Positions 50,489-62,130 are shown, counted from the stretch's first letter. The stretch: 64,000 nt of DNA from Octopus bimaculoides (GCF_001194135.2 NC_068989.1:4759632-4823631); one strand, 5' to 3'. Notes: generated by a model from the letters alone, not told the origin. Translations and numbers: made by a program.

Positions 50489-50516
50489 TTCCATTTTGAC
50501 AGAAGTCAAAATGGAA
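50489..50516. repeat. Perfect 12-bp hairpin TTCCATTTTGAC-AGAA-GTCAAAATGGAA
   Basis: Exact reverse-complement arms read directly from the sequence. Confidence 0.9.
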
Positions 50517-51914
50517 AAGCATATGATTCAGGCATTTTGGGTCTTATCCAGTGTTTTGATAATTTGCTAAACTTCTCATAAATAAGAAAAGACTCTACAA
50601 GCTGACTTTGTTGTGCACGTTTAACAATTCAATAAAATTTGTGGAATTTGTCCAAAACAAAGAATATCTTAGATTATATTAATTTTTATCAAGTTTCCAC
50701 ATATTTTCCTAACCTTTCTTTTTTCCTTTATTTTTTTATTTACCTTAGTTGAAAAGATAGAAAACTGAAGCTGATTGTACAAAATGGTTCAAAGTTTCTA
50801 TTTGTGATTTTTCGGTGCCAGAGATTTTCATAGTATGGTGAATTTTATCTGTATTGTACTTACTGCAGAGAGAAATAAAAAAAGGAAAATGGCCACCACT
50901 GTTGTAGATAAACAGCAATATTATATTGCAGACCTATTCAACCAAAGGACATTAAAACAGTGGCAATGATAATGATGATAGGTTTTTTGTTTTTCTTTTG
51001 TTTCTTGTTTGTTCAGAAAACCTAGTTGTAGAAATCTTGTTGATAGGAACCAGAAACTACTGATTTTTTTTTTTTTTTCCCTGGTAGTTGTGGTAACAGT
51101 ATTGGTGCTAATATAGGCAGCAGTGGTGGTGGTGGTGGTGGTGGTGATTCTGGCACCATTATATTAGTGTTGTTGGCACTGACAATAGCAGTGCTAGTCT
51201 CAGTGGTGTTACTACTGGTGACAGTGGTGATGGCCATTATTTAATGCCAGCAATGCTGGTTGTTGAGAGATCTTGGCAGCATTAGTATTAGTAAGATTGG
51301 AAAGACATTGATGGAGGAAGAGTGGTGGTGGCGGCAGTGCTGATATTATTACTGGTGTTGGCAGAGTAGATGAGGCATTGTTGATGGCCAGGAAACAGTG
51401 CAGAGAATGATGATGGTGGTGGGAAGTGGGGGAAGAGGTGGTGATGAGGATGACTCAATATTTTGGAAAAATGGATTACTTTCAGTCAGCTGCCATTTTC
51501 TTTTTGACTGTAACATTGATTTGCAGGACATTGAAACCAAAGGATTAAAATTAAAGAAATTTGTACTGAGAGACCTCTATGAGATGTCTGTGGGGTGCAA
51601 GAGAAAAAGGGGAAGAGAGAAATGGTGATGGAAAAGAAGTTTCACTTCACATATAAATTTATATAAAAACAAGACTGTGTGTGTGTGTGAAGAGAAAAAC
51701 ACACTAAGTGGTTATTTATTTGCAAACATCCACCAAGAAACAAACTAATGATAAAAGCAAACTAGAAATAGTAAAAAAATAAAATGATGGAGGAAAATAA
51801 AAAGCTAAGCGAAAATTCTAAACCTCATAGACTCCCTTGGGTTTTTTCATGGTGAGTGGAAATGTTGATGAATATGTATTATATGTATGTATGTATATAA
51901 AGTGTTCGTATACC

Positions 51915-51953
<39 letters not shown>

Positions 51954-52088
51954 GGGGAAAAAGATTGGATGAGAATGTCGAAAATTCTAAGTATTACCCT
52001 GTGTGTAAATGGGAAATCTGTGCATGCATCTATTTGTATATATATATGTATGTATATATATATATATATATGTGCGTGTGTGTACATA

Positions 52089-52149
<61 letters not shown>

Positions 52150-52180
52150 CATCATCATATATGATGATGATGATGATGAT

Positions 52181-52550
52181 ATAGCTTCTCATATCGTTCT
52201 GGGTTCAGTCCCACTGTCTGTTGTATGGCACCTTGAGCTAGTGTCTTCTCCTATAGCCCCAGACTGACCAAAGTTTTGTAAGTGGATATGATAGATGGAA
52301 ACTAAAAGAAACCTGTCATGTATATGGATGTATATGTTTGTGTGTGTATGCATGTGTAACATTGTCTTTTTTTTGCCCATCATTACCACTTGGCAGTTGA
52401 TATCGGTTTGTTTATGCTTCTGTAACTTAGCAGTTCAGCAAAAAAGACTAATCCAGGCTTAAAAATAGAATTGGGGTTGATTTGTTCAACTATGAAAACC
52501 TTTCAAAGTGTTCGTCTAGCATGGCCTCAGTCTCATGACCAAGATGAAAA
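52181..52550 (+). mobile_element. SINE-B, near full length
   Basis: GGGTTCAGTCCCACTG...GGCACCTTGAGCTAGTGTCTTCT...GTAACTTAGCAGTTCAGCAAAAAAG...CTAGCATGGCCTCAGTC. Confidence 0.8.
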
Positions 52551-52676
52551 AAAAAGTCAGATATGTGTATTCATTGGACTATAGCCACGCTGGGGTAATC
52601 CCTTAAGTGATGTTTGGCCACTTCAAATGAATTTACAGATATGATGGGGGAAAATTTTAGTAGCCGTTGGCTGGCA

Positions 52677-52736
52677 GGTTTGTCTGAAGAGAACAAGCAC
52701 CATTTGGCGCTAAATTCGAAATCGTGATATCAAATT
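52677..52736 (+). ncRNA. Type I hammerhead-ribozyme-like motif (candidate)
   Basis: CTGAAGA (52684-90), stem II GAA/TTC with G10.1:C11.1, GAAA (52718-21), stem III ATC-gt-GAT, cleavage triplet AUA, stem I GGTTTG/CAAATT with one mismatch at the junction. Confidence 0.3.
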
Positions 52737-53019
52737 AACCAGCATTACTTTTGCTGATCTAGCAGAAGAAAGACGATATTATTGTTCACTGGAATTCTTT
52801 CCTATCATGCTCATATCAATTTTGTGACTATTCCGTAGCACAGAATTATTTTTGACTTCTGTTTTTAGCAATGCAGGTACTCACATTGTACCCTTGTATA
52901 TGAATGTATCTTATATGATTAATTTTGCTTGTACAGCTGGTATTCTCTGCCACTAGTGACGGTATTTTGATAGTACTATCAATCTCATATTTACTTATAT
53001 ATTTCAAAATGTAACCACA

Positions 53020-53230
53020 TGTGGATCATTGGCGATTTTTTTTCCTCCATCTTCCTTTTCTCTTGGACTTTCCTCTGTCTCCTGTTTCTGACGAAGAACT
53101 TTGCTCGAAACATAAAACCACCTTTCTTTCCTTCCCTGAGCGTCTGCTAATACTTTACACGTACCATGTCCTCCAGTTGTTGTTTTTTTCTTGTTTGCTC
53201 TTCATTTCTTTTTTGGGTTTACTATATATA
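53020..53230 (+). mobile_element. Penelope-like element terminal-repeat fragment
   Basis: Pyrimidine-rich repeat containing CTGACGAAGAACTTTGCTCGAAACATAAAACC, the minimal hammerhead signature typical of PLE pseudo-LTRs. Confidence 0.55.
53084..53118 (+). ncRNA. Minimal (PLE-type) hammerhead ribozyme motif, probably decayed
   Basis: GTTT-CTGACGA-AGAAC ttt GCTC-GAAA-CAT-A-AAAC: stem I GTTT/AAAC, one stem II mismatch, and ACAT in place of the palindromic ACGT. Confidence 0.55.
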
Positions 53231-53564
53231 TTTGGATTTACTATATATATATATATATATACACATATATATTATATTTGAAGTTAGAAGTAGTTCTATA
53301 ATATAAACATTATCAATGTCACATACTTAATGTATGTGTGTTGCTAAATGCTTTTTGACTGCAGTATTTTGTCCAGTGAAAGTCCCTTTAAGACATAGTG
53401 TTAATAAACACACAGCACACTTCAAAGCCAGGCAAAATTAACCCCCATCACACACACAGGTGAATGAGAATGACAAATATTGACATTTTGCTGTTATTTC
53501 AGTTCATTGGTGTCATGTACTTACTTCACCCTCAAGATGAATTCAATTTGCTGTCCTGAAGTAT

Positions 53565-53850
53565 ATACAAGTTCCTTCTGCTGTAGCCCCAGGCCAACTA
53601 AAGCTTTGTAAATGGATTTCATTGACAGAAACTAAAAGAAACCCTTTGTATATGCATGTGTGTCTGTGTGTGTGTGTGTTACTGTCTCCTTTCCTTGACT
53701 TTGCATGATAGTTGTAAACATGTGTCACTGACATGCAAGCTGTGTCCTTTGTTTCCAGTCTTCCCTGTAAACATGTCTAGTTATGGGAAATATCTTACTT
53801 GAAAACAGTTAAGAGTTGGTGACAGGAAGAGCATCCAGTTATAAAATCCA
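53565..53850 (+). mobile_element. SINE-B variant (B body plus alternative tail)
   Basis: CTGTAGCCCCAGGCCAACTAAAGCTTTGTAAATGGATTTCATTGACAGAAACTAAAAGAAACCC, microsatellite, then CTTGACTTTGCATGATAGTTGTAAAC...ACATGTCTAGTTATGGGAAATAT...GACAGGAAGAGCATCCAG. Confidence 0.7.
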
Positions 53851-53984
53851 CTTCAACCACTAATGTTGATGATAATGATGAACCTATTGAAGCTGGTGCT
53901 ACTAAATCATTGGATTCTACCTCTGGTTGTGCATGATTTTCTTCAGATATTTCTCCTGGCATATTTCCAAATTGCAGAGATGTT

Positions 53985-54210
53985 GCATTTTTTATACATA
54001 GTACCCAAGTTTCGGTGCTGTGTATGAGAAGGGGTATAACAACTGCCTCATATTCCATAAGTTTGGTTATCTGGTTTTTTTGAGATGAGTATCTAAGTAT
54101 CATGCTCTGAGACGGTTTGTGTTGGTGTGCTTTATCTAGTGTTGGATCTCTCAATATCTGTGATAGATGGCTACCTAAATGTTGAAAGTGTTCTGTATTT
54201 TCCACCATAC
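53985..54210 (-). pseudogene. RTE-clade LINE reverse transcriptase C-terminal fragment
   Basis: ORF-track peptide VENTEHFQHLGSHLS...ITKLMEYEAVVIPLLIHSTETWVL matches RTE thumb-region motifs (LE.V..F.YLGS..S / TKL.VY.AVV...LLYGSETW). Confidence 0.8.
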
Positions 54211-55817
54211 ATGTACGTGCCTAAACCAGTGGACCAGGTTCCTATAATACCTAGTGTAGAATGGATGTGTATGTATATGTGTTTATATACTGTTGGTGAC
54301 TGTGTGTGTATATACACACACACATACACATCATATACATACACACATGTAGGTCTTTAAGAATACAAGTAAAAATCTTAGTAAATGTGTTTCCTCATGT
54401 GATGATAGTTGGTACCACCTTGTGTATGCATGTATGTTTGTGTGTATGTGTTTGCATGCAAAAGAAATGCTGGAATCTGAAGGGATCAAAGAAGTAATGG
54501 GAGAATAGAGTGAGAGATGGAAAGTGGTGTGAAAGCTTGATGGATTCCATTTAAATGAAACCAGATGTAGATCTTACAGAACTGAATCAGTATTGCTTAT
54601 ATTCAGGTGAATTTAAGCATCTATTTGGTGGATGGTAGTGGGGCAGTGGTTTGGGTGTTGGCCCTTGTGGCTGGCCTAATTCTGTTGTCTGATGATTTCT
54701 AACATAGGTGCAAGGCCACACATTTTGAAGAGAATGGACAGAGGATTACATTGAATGTAGAAGGATGAAAGTCAAGATTAACTTGGACCATATTCATTCA
54801 GTGTTGTGAAGTTGTATCTAACAATGAGAATAGCTACCTAACATATCTGGTTATCAACCAAATGTAATATAAATATTACTTTATGTCACATGTCTATAGC
54901 GAAAGAGGTTGTATGATGAACAAGATGGGATAAAATAGGGACATTTACTTGTTTCTTTAGCAAAACTTCTACAGGTTTTACTTGGAGAAGGAGGTGAGGA
55001 TAAAAATGGTGGTGCTACCCTTGCTGAAAGTTGAGTGTGTAACCTCAACATGCACCTTCAGGTTAGAGACCACAGCTTGGAGAAGATGCTGGTCCTTAGC
55101 AGTAAAGGTAATTCAGGATCTGGAGGGTTTCGTGTGTGGGTCTTAGAAGGCTTTTCTCTTAGTGGAAATTTTTATCTCCTTTTCTGCCATTGTTTTCATA
55201 TCTGTTCTCTCGTACACAATTCTATGTTAAACTCTACTAGTTTCATATTTTGGCCTTGTAATGTCCTCTCACTCATTGCCCTCATGGCAAATAAAGATAA
55301 GTATTGGATTTCATATTTTCATATTTCTTTAAAAAAAATAAATAAAACAATGAACTAAGATCAAAACTGTAATTGGAAGAAAACAAACAAAAGACAGATC
55401 AGGATATGGCATCATAGATATGTTTACTTCCTGTGAAGAATGATTCCTTCATTTCTGTCTCTCCATTTTCCTTTTATTTTCAACCACTTTTGTCTGAAAG
55501 CATCAAATATATTTTTCTTCCATTTATTTCTCTTTTCTTTTTTTCTCTCTCCTTTTTTTTCTCTCGCTGCTTCTTTTCTTTTTCGAATTCATCTGAGTCT
55601 CCAACTTGAAGAGGCTGGAACAAATGCTTACATATATTTATTTTCATTTTTTTTTTTATTTATATATTTACATTTTTATCAATTTTCAGTTTTAACGAAT
55701 TTTTTTCAACATTGATATCAATTTTCTGTTTGTGAAACTCCTGCAGCAGAAATTTCAACTCTTCAGATTGTATAACTCAGCATTTCATGGTGAAATGGTG
55801 ATGGGGTGGAATATATA

Positions 55818-55826
55818 TGTATGCAA

Positions 55827-55857
<31 letters not shown>

Positions 55858-55880
55858 TGTATGTATGTATGTATGTATGT
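55818..55880. repeat. (TATG)n tetranucleotide microsatellite
   Basis: Directly visible; one of very many (CA)n, (TA)n, (GA)n, (CAT)n and (TATG)n arrays across the window. Confidence 0.95.
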
Positions 55881-55964
55881 ACAGCCGAGAAAGTCATCTG
55901 TTTATTTTTTCCCTTCCTTTCTCCAGTTTCAAGGGTTTATTAGTATGTCTTTATTACACACACA

Positions 55965-55996
<32 letters not shown>

Positions 55997-56337
55997 AGTT
56001 AGGTAGGTAGGTGGTGTTTGCGTATATTTAACATTTTGTATGCTTAACAATTTTTGTATGAAAGTATGCATGTGTGTAGTATAATGATTTTTGCTTTGTA
56101 GTACACTGTCTATATGTATTTCCAAAGAATACTGTACTCATGTACAAGAGTACAGAGATGTAAGCCCTCTCTCTCTCTCTCTGCCCTTTCTCTTATGCCC
56201 AGTCTACTTGTACTACTCAGCACACACACACATACACACCAGCAATGAATAAATAGGCTTTTTTTTATGTGATTGTAAAGTACAGCCTGTTGTGACCATA
56301 AAATTCAGCTTATATATATAATTTAGATGTATTCTTT

Positions 56338-56393
<56 letters not shown>

Positions 56394-56419
56394 NNNNNNN
56401 NNNNNNNNNNNNNNNATAT

Positions 56420-56571
56420 ATATTCTTTTACTTGTTTCAGTTGTTTCAGTCATTTGACTGTGGCCACACTGGAGCATCGCCTTGGAAGATTTTAAGTTTA
56501 GTATTTATTCTATCTGTCACTTTTGCTGAACCATTAAGTTACAGGGACGAGTAAATAAACACATACACAAA

Positions 56572-56634
<63 letters not shown>

Positions 56635-56700
56635 GGCTTCTTTCAGTTTCCATCTGCCAAACCTACTCACAAGGCTTTGGTCAGCCTGAAGCTATAATAG
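56420..56700 (-). mobile_element. SINE-B, minus strand (tail 56420-56560, middle 56632-56700)
   Basis: CTTTTACTTGTTTCAG...TTTGACTGTGGCCACACTGGAGCATCGCC and GGGCTTCTTTCAGTTTCCATCTGCCAAACCTACTCACAAGGCTTTGGTC. Confidence 0.8.
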
Positions 56701-56704
56701 AAGG

Positions 56705-57065
56705 TTGTGTGGTAAGAAGCTTGCTTTCCAATCACATCGTTCTGGGTTCATTCCCACTGCATGGCATCTTGAGCAAATGTATTCTACTGTAGCCTTGGGT
56801 TGACCATATACGTGTGTGTGTGTGTGTGCGTGCGCATGTGTGTGCGTGCACATGTGTGTGTGTGTTTGTCCCCCCATCACTGCTTGACAACCACTGCTGG
56901 TGTATTTATGTCCTCGTAAGTTAGCGATTCAAGTAAAACAGTATGATAGAATAAATACCAGGTTTTAAAAAAAGGCAACTAAGTATTGGGGTCAATCCAT
57001 TTGACTAAAAATTCTTCAAGGTCGCGTCAACATGGCTGTAGTCTAATGACTGAAACAAGTAAAAG
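56705..57065 (+). mobile_element. SINE-B, full length
   Basis: GTGTGGTAAGAAGCTTGCTTTCCAATCACATCGTTCTGGGTTCATTCCCACTGCATGGCATC...CATGGCTGTAGTCTAATGACTGAAACAAGTAAAAG. Confidence 0.88.
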
Positions 57066-57896
57066 ATGCAAATGTGTGTGTATTATATGACAAAAAACAC
57101 GTGTTCTACTGGTTATAACATTCTAGCTATAGTCACTGTCTCTTTCCTGCATATTTGTAATGTGGATGTTTGTATGCATTTATATATGTGAGTGTATATG
57201 TGTAAGTTCATGTGTGAGTTTGTGAGTGTGTATTTCATTTGTGCGCAAATATTATCATGATTTTCTTAACCGTATCTACAGTTGAGTTGTTCTTTTATAT
57301 ACAGGAAAAAAAAAAAAAGCAGGTAGGGGTAGGGAATTGCTGGTGCCTTTGTTGTGCTTGTTATAGAAACAAGATTCTTTATTGAATTACACCTGAGAAA
57401 ATGATGAGTATAATTGCATCTATCCTGTAATCCAAAACTTACCTCTCCATCCCTTCTCATTCCTCAGAACATATTTTGACATATGCAAACTGTTTCCTGT
57501 TTCTGCTGTGATTTATTCATCATAGTCCTAAATGTTGTTGTTGTTGTTGTTGTTGCTATATTGTTCTAATGAAAACATGTCCTTTTTTTTTGTGTGTCTG
57601 TGTACTGACTAATAGACTAATAACATTAACATCTGATTGGAGTGGAACATAAGTAGGGTTGCTTTTTGTATATTTTTACTAAACTTTCTTCAGGTGTATG
57701 CATGTACATGTGTTTTTGTACAGATTACCCACATACTTGAATTCAAAGAGGCATCCATAAAAACGAACAACTGTATCAATCTCACCAGTCATGAACGGCC
57801 TCTAAAAGGCGTTGGCTCTGCTCTGTTCTCCTCACTCATACACATATGCATATATAATGATGATGAATTTTCATTTGCATTTAAATTATATATATC

Positions 57897-58200
57897 TTTT
57901 ACTTGTTTCGGTCATTGAACTGTGGCCTTGCTGGGCACCACCTTAAAGAATTTAATCGAATAAATTGTCCCCAATACTTATTCTATCCATCCTTTTTGCT
58001 GAATTGCTAAGTTAGACGACAATATATGTACTGCACTCTGTATATGTCAAGCTTCCACACAGATTCCATCTACCAAATTCACTTACAAGAAATTAGTTGA
58101 CACAGCTATAGTTAAAGACACCTGCCCAAGGTATCATGAAGTGGGACTGAACCTAAAATCATATGGTCGCAAAGCAAGCTTCTTGACTATATCGCCACAT
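57897..58200 (-). mobile_element. SINE-B, minus strand
   Basis: CTTTTACTTGTTTCGGTCATTGAACTGTGGCCTTGCTGGGCACCACC...GACACCTGCCCAAGGTATCATGAAGTGGGACTGAACC. Confidence 0.8.
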
Positions 58201-58859
58201 CTCTGTTTATATATAAGATTTATCTATAGAATTTTTATTTTATATTTTCTAAAAATTTTGTTTTTATATATTTTGACTACAACCTTTGATATCTTGATAA
58301 TTATCATTGTCATTGGATGAGAAAATATTCATTGTTCCAAAAATTGTATAATATAACAATAATCCTGTTCATTCGTCTGGGCGTATCTAGTTTAATTACC
58401 TAAGGTGGGGTCGGAGCAGCTGGCAGTATGAATGGTAGGGTATTGCTTAGAATTGCTCTGCCAGAGCATTTGACGAGTTTTCTTGGAATTCCTGTGTCAG
58501 GGCCATAAATGAGGGGACTGGGTATCAAGTGGAGTATTGAATGCAGTGGAAAGATGGATGAAGGCTGTGGTGAGGAAGTATGAGGGGCCCACAAGATGGA
58601 CATCAAAAAGCTAAAGTGACCTCAATGTTAGCTACTTTATATTATTGCTAAAAGGACTTTTGAGTCACTCTTTATATACATATCTAACTATGGCCATCCC
58701 TCAGAATCAAAGATGACTGGGTAATATTATACTATACTTCCACTCATTGTTTTGGGTACCCATGTAGTTGCGAGTTGATACCTTCTCAACCCTTCCACCC
58801 TTGACCCAAGGGAGCATCAAGGATGTGACAGCTGGAGGGAGAGAAAGTTACAACAGCAC

Positions 58860-58995
58860 TCAGTTGGTCCTTTATCAACTGTGAATTGATGAAAGGTAAA
58901 GCTGAACTTGGTAGGTTTTGAACTCAAAATGCAGGTAGCTGGAACAAATATTGCAATGTCCTATGCTGTAACAACTCTGCTAATCAGCTGCCTTA
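58860..58995 (-). mobile_element. SINE-A, minus strand, degenerate
   Basis: GATGAAAGGTAAAGCTGAACTTGGTAGGTTTTGAACTCAAAATG...AACTCTGCTAATCAGCTGCCTTA. Confidence 0.65.
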
Positions 58996-59798
58996 CACAC
59001 GCACACACATACACACACGTGCGCATGTGCGCACACGTGTGTGTGTATTCATTCATGCATGAATATATACAGGGGTGTATCAGGTAATGCAGTATTTCAT
59101 TAGGTTTTACACTTTAAAATCTAACTGATGGAGCACATGGTATTTATTTGTGTTGTGAAGCAATATGTGTATTATATAGCCTTATACAAACATTAGAACA
59201 TGCTGCTTTTGTAATAAAAATATATTCTTTTTTATTACACGCACACACACATACCCACAAATACATGTTTCTAAATCTGTGGTTTCTCCACAGACGCTTT
59301 GTATTGCTTTCTGTCTTTTTCATGTTATTTTTCTCTTTAAATTGTGTTTGTGTGTGAGGAAGTGTACAGATTGTAAATTGCATGTATTTCTTGAAAAACA
59401 GTTTTCTGCTGACTTTTGTTACAAATTAGTAGTCGGGTTGTATAATGTTTTGTCATGGCTAATTGGCACTGAACATTTGCAGTTATGCAAGTAGCTAGAT
59501 ACTTACATGGTGTCCCCTCCCTAAATGGGAATCTCATTCACTGAAGAACTGGCTACCAAGGGGCTGATTAACAAGCAATGTATTAAGGTCTGGGTAAATA
59601 AAATTATATAGTTATGTAACTTGCACGTGCCAGCTATCCCGCAAATAATGGCAGTATTTAAACATTAATACAATGTTAAATGCTTTGTTATTTATGGGAC
59701 ATCTTGGAAAACCGAGAAGGATACAAAGCTGTGGTTTTGTCAGATTTCTAATGCATTGTTATAAGTGTCAGTGGATATACGATTTGTACCTTCTGCAG

Positions 59799-59844
59799 AC
59801 CCATTCAATGCTTCCTCACTATGCCACCATAGAAAACCATATAT
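59799..59844 (+). CDS. Candidate exon (46 nt; MLPHYATIENHI from ATG 59808, phase 1)
   Basis: Acceptor CCTTCTGCAG, donor AT|GTAAGT (59845-50), embedded in a repeat-free island 59400-59900. Confidence 0.25.
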
Positions 59845-60753
59845 GTAAGTGATGGTGATGATGAGAAGAATATTGCTGATAATCTTAACACTTCAACTGC
59901 ATTTGTCTGGGAAAGCATGCCAAAGGCTATGGGCTACACCCATCTTTCTGCTAAATACATAATCTTATAACACCTATTGTTAATAATTCTTGATAATAAT
60001 ATAAAGTATTGATAATTTCTAATTCTTTGAATACTACGCTCCTGTGGAAGAAAAGTTGAAATCTTGGATGAAGCCCTGGTCAGCTTTAGGCCTCATTAGA
60101 AGATACTTGCTCTTGACCATACAACCATGAATGTGTGTTTGTGTGTGTACATGCATGCATGCGTGTGTGTGAGTATACATACATACATACCCAGTTGGCA
60201 ACCATCTCAGAAATTTTGTGTCCTGGCACTGACCAATATCACCCAGCATGTTATTACGGTGTCCAACAAACTGAATACTGACATTCAAGCATCACTGTCA
60301 CCTTACTGTTTTAGTGTGTATGTTTCACTGACCCTGGGAAAAATAATTGTCTTTGCTTATGTCTGCTTGATCAGGGTAGACTCAATTCTAAAGAACAAGA
60401 ATCAGGTACTTTGATTGTTCTTTCTAGCGAGTCAAATGACTACATAAAGCTCCTTCTGTTGACTCGGTTTTTTTTTACTTTTTTATAGTAGGTGGCTTAA
60501 AGGTAATGCTAATTATGCCAATTCTGTATACATGGAAGTAACCAATAAAATGATTATTGGTGTTTGACAAATTCTATGCATGCATTTATCCAGTCTTCCT
60601 TGCTCATGAAACCAAAATATAATTTAAGTAAAGCGAGATCACAGCCATATCACATAACCAGCCCATTTAAAAAATACCTTTGAATTGTTGGGCAACACAC
60701 CGTGTTTGAGGAGACCTATTGAGTCAAGTAAAATAAAAAATCAGATCACAATC

Positions 60754-61055
60754 AAATAGAAATTGTAGTTGTGGCCGATGCCAGTGCCACCTGACTGGCT
60801 TTCAAGCTGGTGGCATGCAATAAGCACCATTCATGCGTGGGTCGTTGCCAGTGTTGCCTGACTGGCTCCTGTGCGGTGACACGTAAAAAGCACCCATTAC
60901 ACTCTTGGAGTGGTTGGCGTTAGGAAGGGCATCCAGCTGTAGAAACATTGCCAGATCAGATTGGAGCCTGGTGAGGCCTCCTGGCTTGCCAGTCCTTAGT
61001 CAAACCATTCAAACCATGCCAGCATGGAAAACGGACGTTAAGTGATGATGATGAT
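60754..61055 (+). mobile_element. Family C repeat, well-preserved copy
   Basis: GCCAGTGCCACCTGACTGGC subrepeats, GAGTGGTTGGCGTTAGGAAGGGCATCCAGCTGTAGAAAC...CCATGCCAGCATGGAAAACGGACGTTAAGTGATGATGATG. Confidence 0.88.
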
Positions 61056-61874
61056 ATTAATAAGTACTAAGCATGTCATTAATTACTTCTACAAATGCTG
61101 TTCTCAACATGTGTATCTTAATTAGTAATAACCTAATTAGTACAACTTTGAGAATTCTTGATGAAACTTGTATTTTCTCATTAATGCAAGAATGTAATAC
61201 AAAATACTTTTGTGGACAATACTTCTGACAAGCTACAAATTGCTAACACTTGACCTGGGGATAACAGCACTGGACAAACAGATCAATGAGGGAACCTATA
61301 TGTAGGCAGTAATTTTGCTAGAAATAACAGCTAAATCTTCAAGCCACATGCCATGATCTTTAAAAAATGGAAGGACACTTTATATATAGTACTCTTAGAT
61401 ACATTGTGTCTGAATAAAAGATGGGTTGATCACATCTGGACTGCCTTTGATCATAAATCTGCTCAGTCAAGGTTTACCTGAAGCTAATAGAACATTTTCA
61501 CTAAATCATCATTTTGTATTGTTTAGACATTGAATGTATTACTATTTCTCAGATGAATTCACCTCTCACCTGTTATTGATTAATTTTATTAGAGAGAAAG
61601 TGGTGATGGGCAGGTGGCAGAAATGATATTAGATTTACTGTATTTAGTCACCACACTGTTTTGAGTTTAAATCCCACTGGTGTCATCTTGGCCTTCAGGC
61701 AATCAATACTAGTTATGTACAGTTGAATTCCTTACTTTCTGAGTGAAATCGTTTTTTTTTTTTTTTGTGTGTGTGTCAATGTTAGAATTGGTTACAACAG
61801 TGGAGGGCCAGACACAATAGCGTACCTGACACAATGCTTTTCTGTGTCTATGTCTGGCTTTTTACCATTTTGTA

Positions 61875-62130
61875 CAGGCACAGATGCGGCTGTGTGGTTA
61901 AGAAGCTTACTATCTTGACAACATGTGATGGTTTGTGAATGAGCATTACCATCATGCAAGTCATGTTGGTGGTTTCCAGTCTTCTATGAAAAACATGTCT
62001 AGCCATAGGGAAGTCTTACCTTATCTGGAAACAGGTGAAGGTTGGCTACAGGAGGGACATCTAGTTAGAAAAATCTGCCTCAGCAAAATCCATCTGACCT
62101 ATGCTGGCATGATAAAGTGGACATTAAATA
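61875..62130 (+). mobile_element. SINE-B variant with internal deletion and alternative tail
   Basis: GGCTGTGTGGTTAAGAAGCTT head joined to CTTGACAACATGTGATGG...AAACATGTCTAGCCATAGGG...AAAATCTGCCTCAGC...GTGGACATTAAA. Confidence 0.65.

Noticed and set aside
54960-55150. Faint similarity to a CR1 endonuclease N-terminus on the minus strand
   Set aside because: Too degenerate to support without an alignment.
59499-59510. ATACTTACATGG resembling the U1 snRNA 5' end
   Set aside because: No U1 sequence follows; it is simply the reverse complement of a splice-donor motif. A similar string occurs at 4359-4369.
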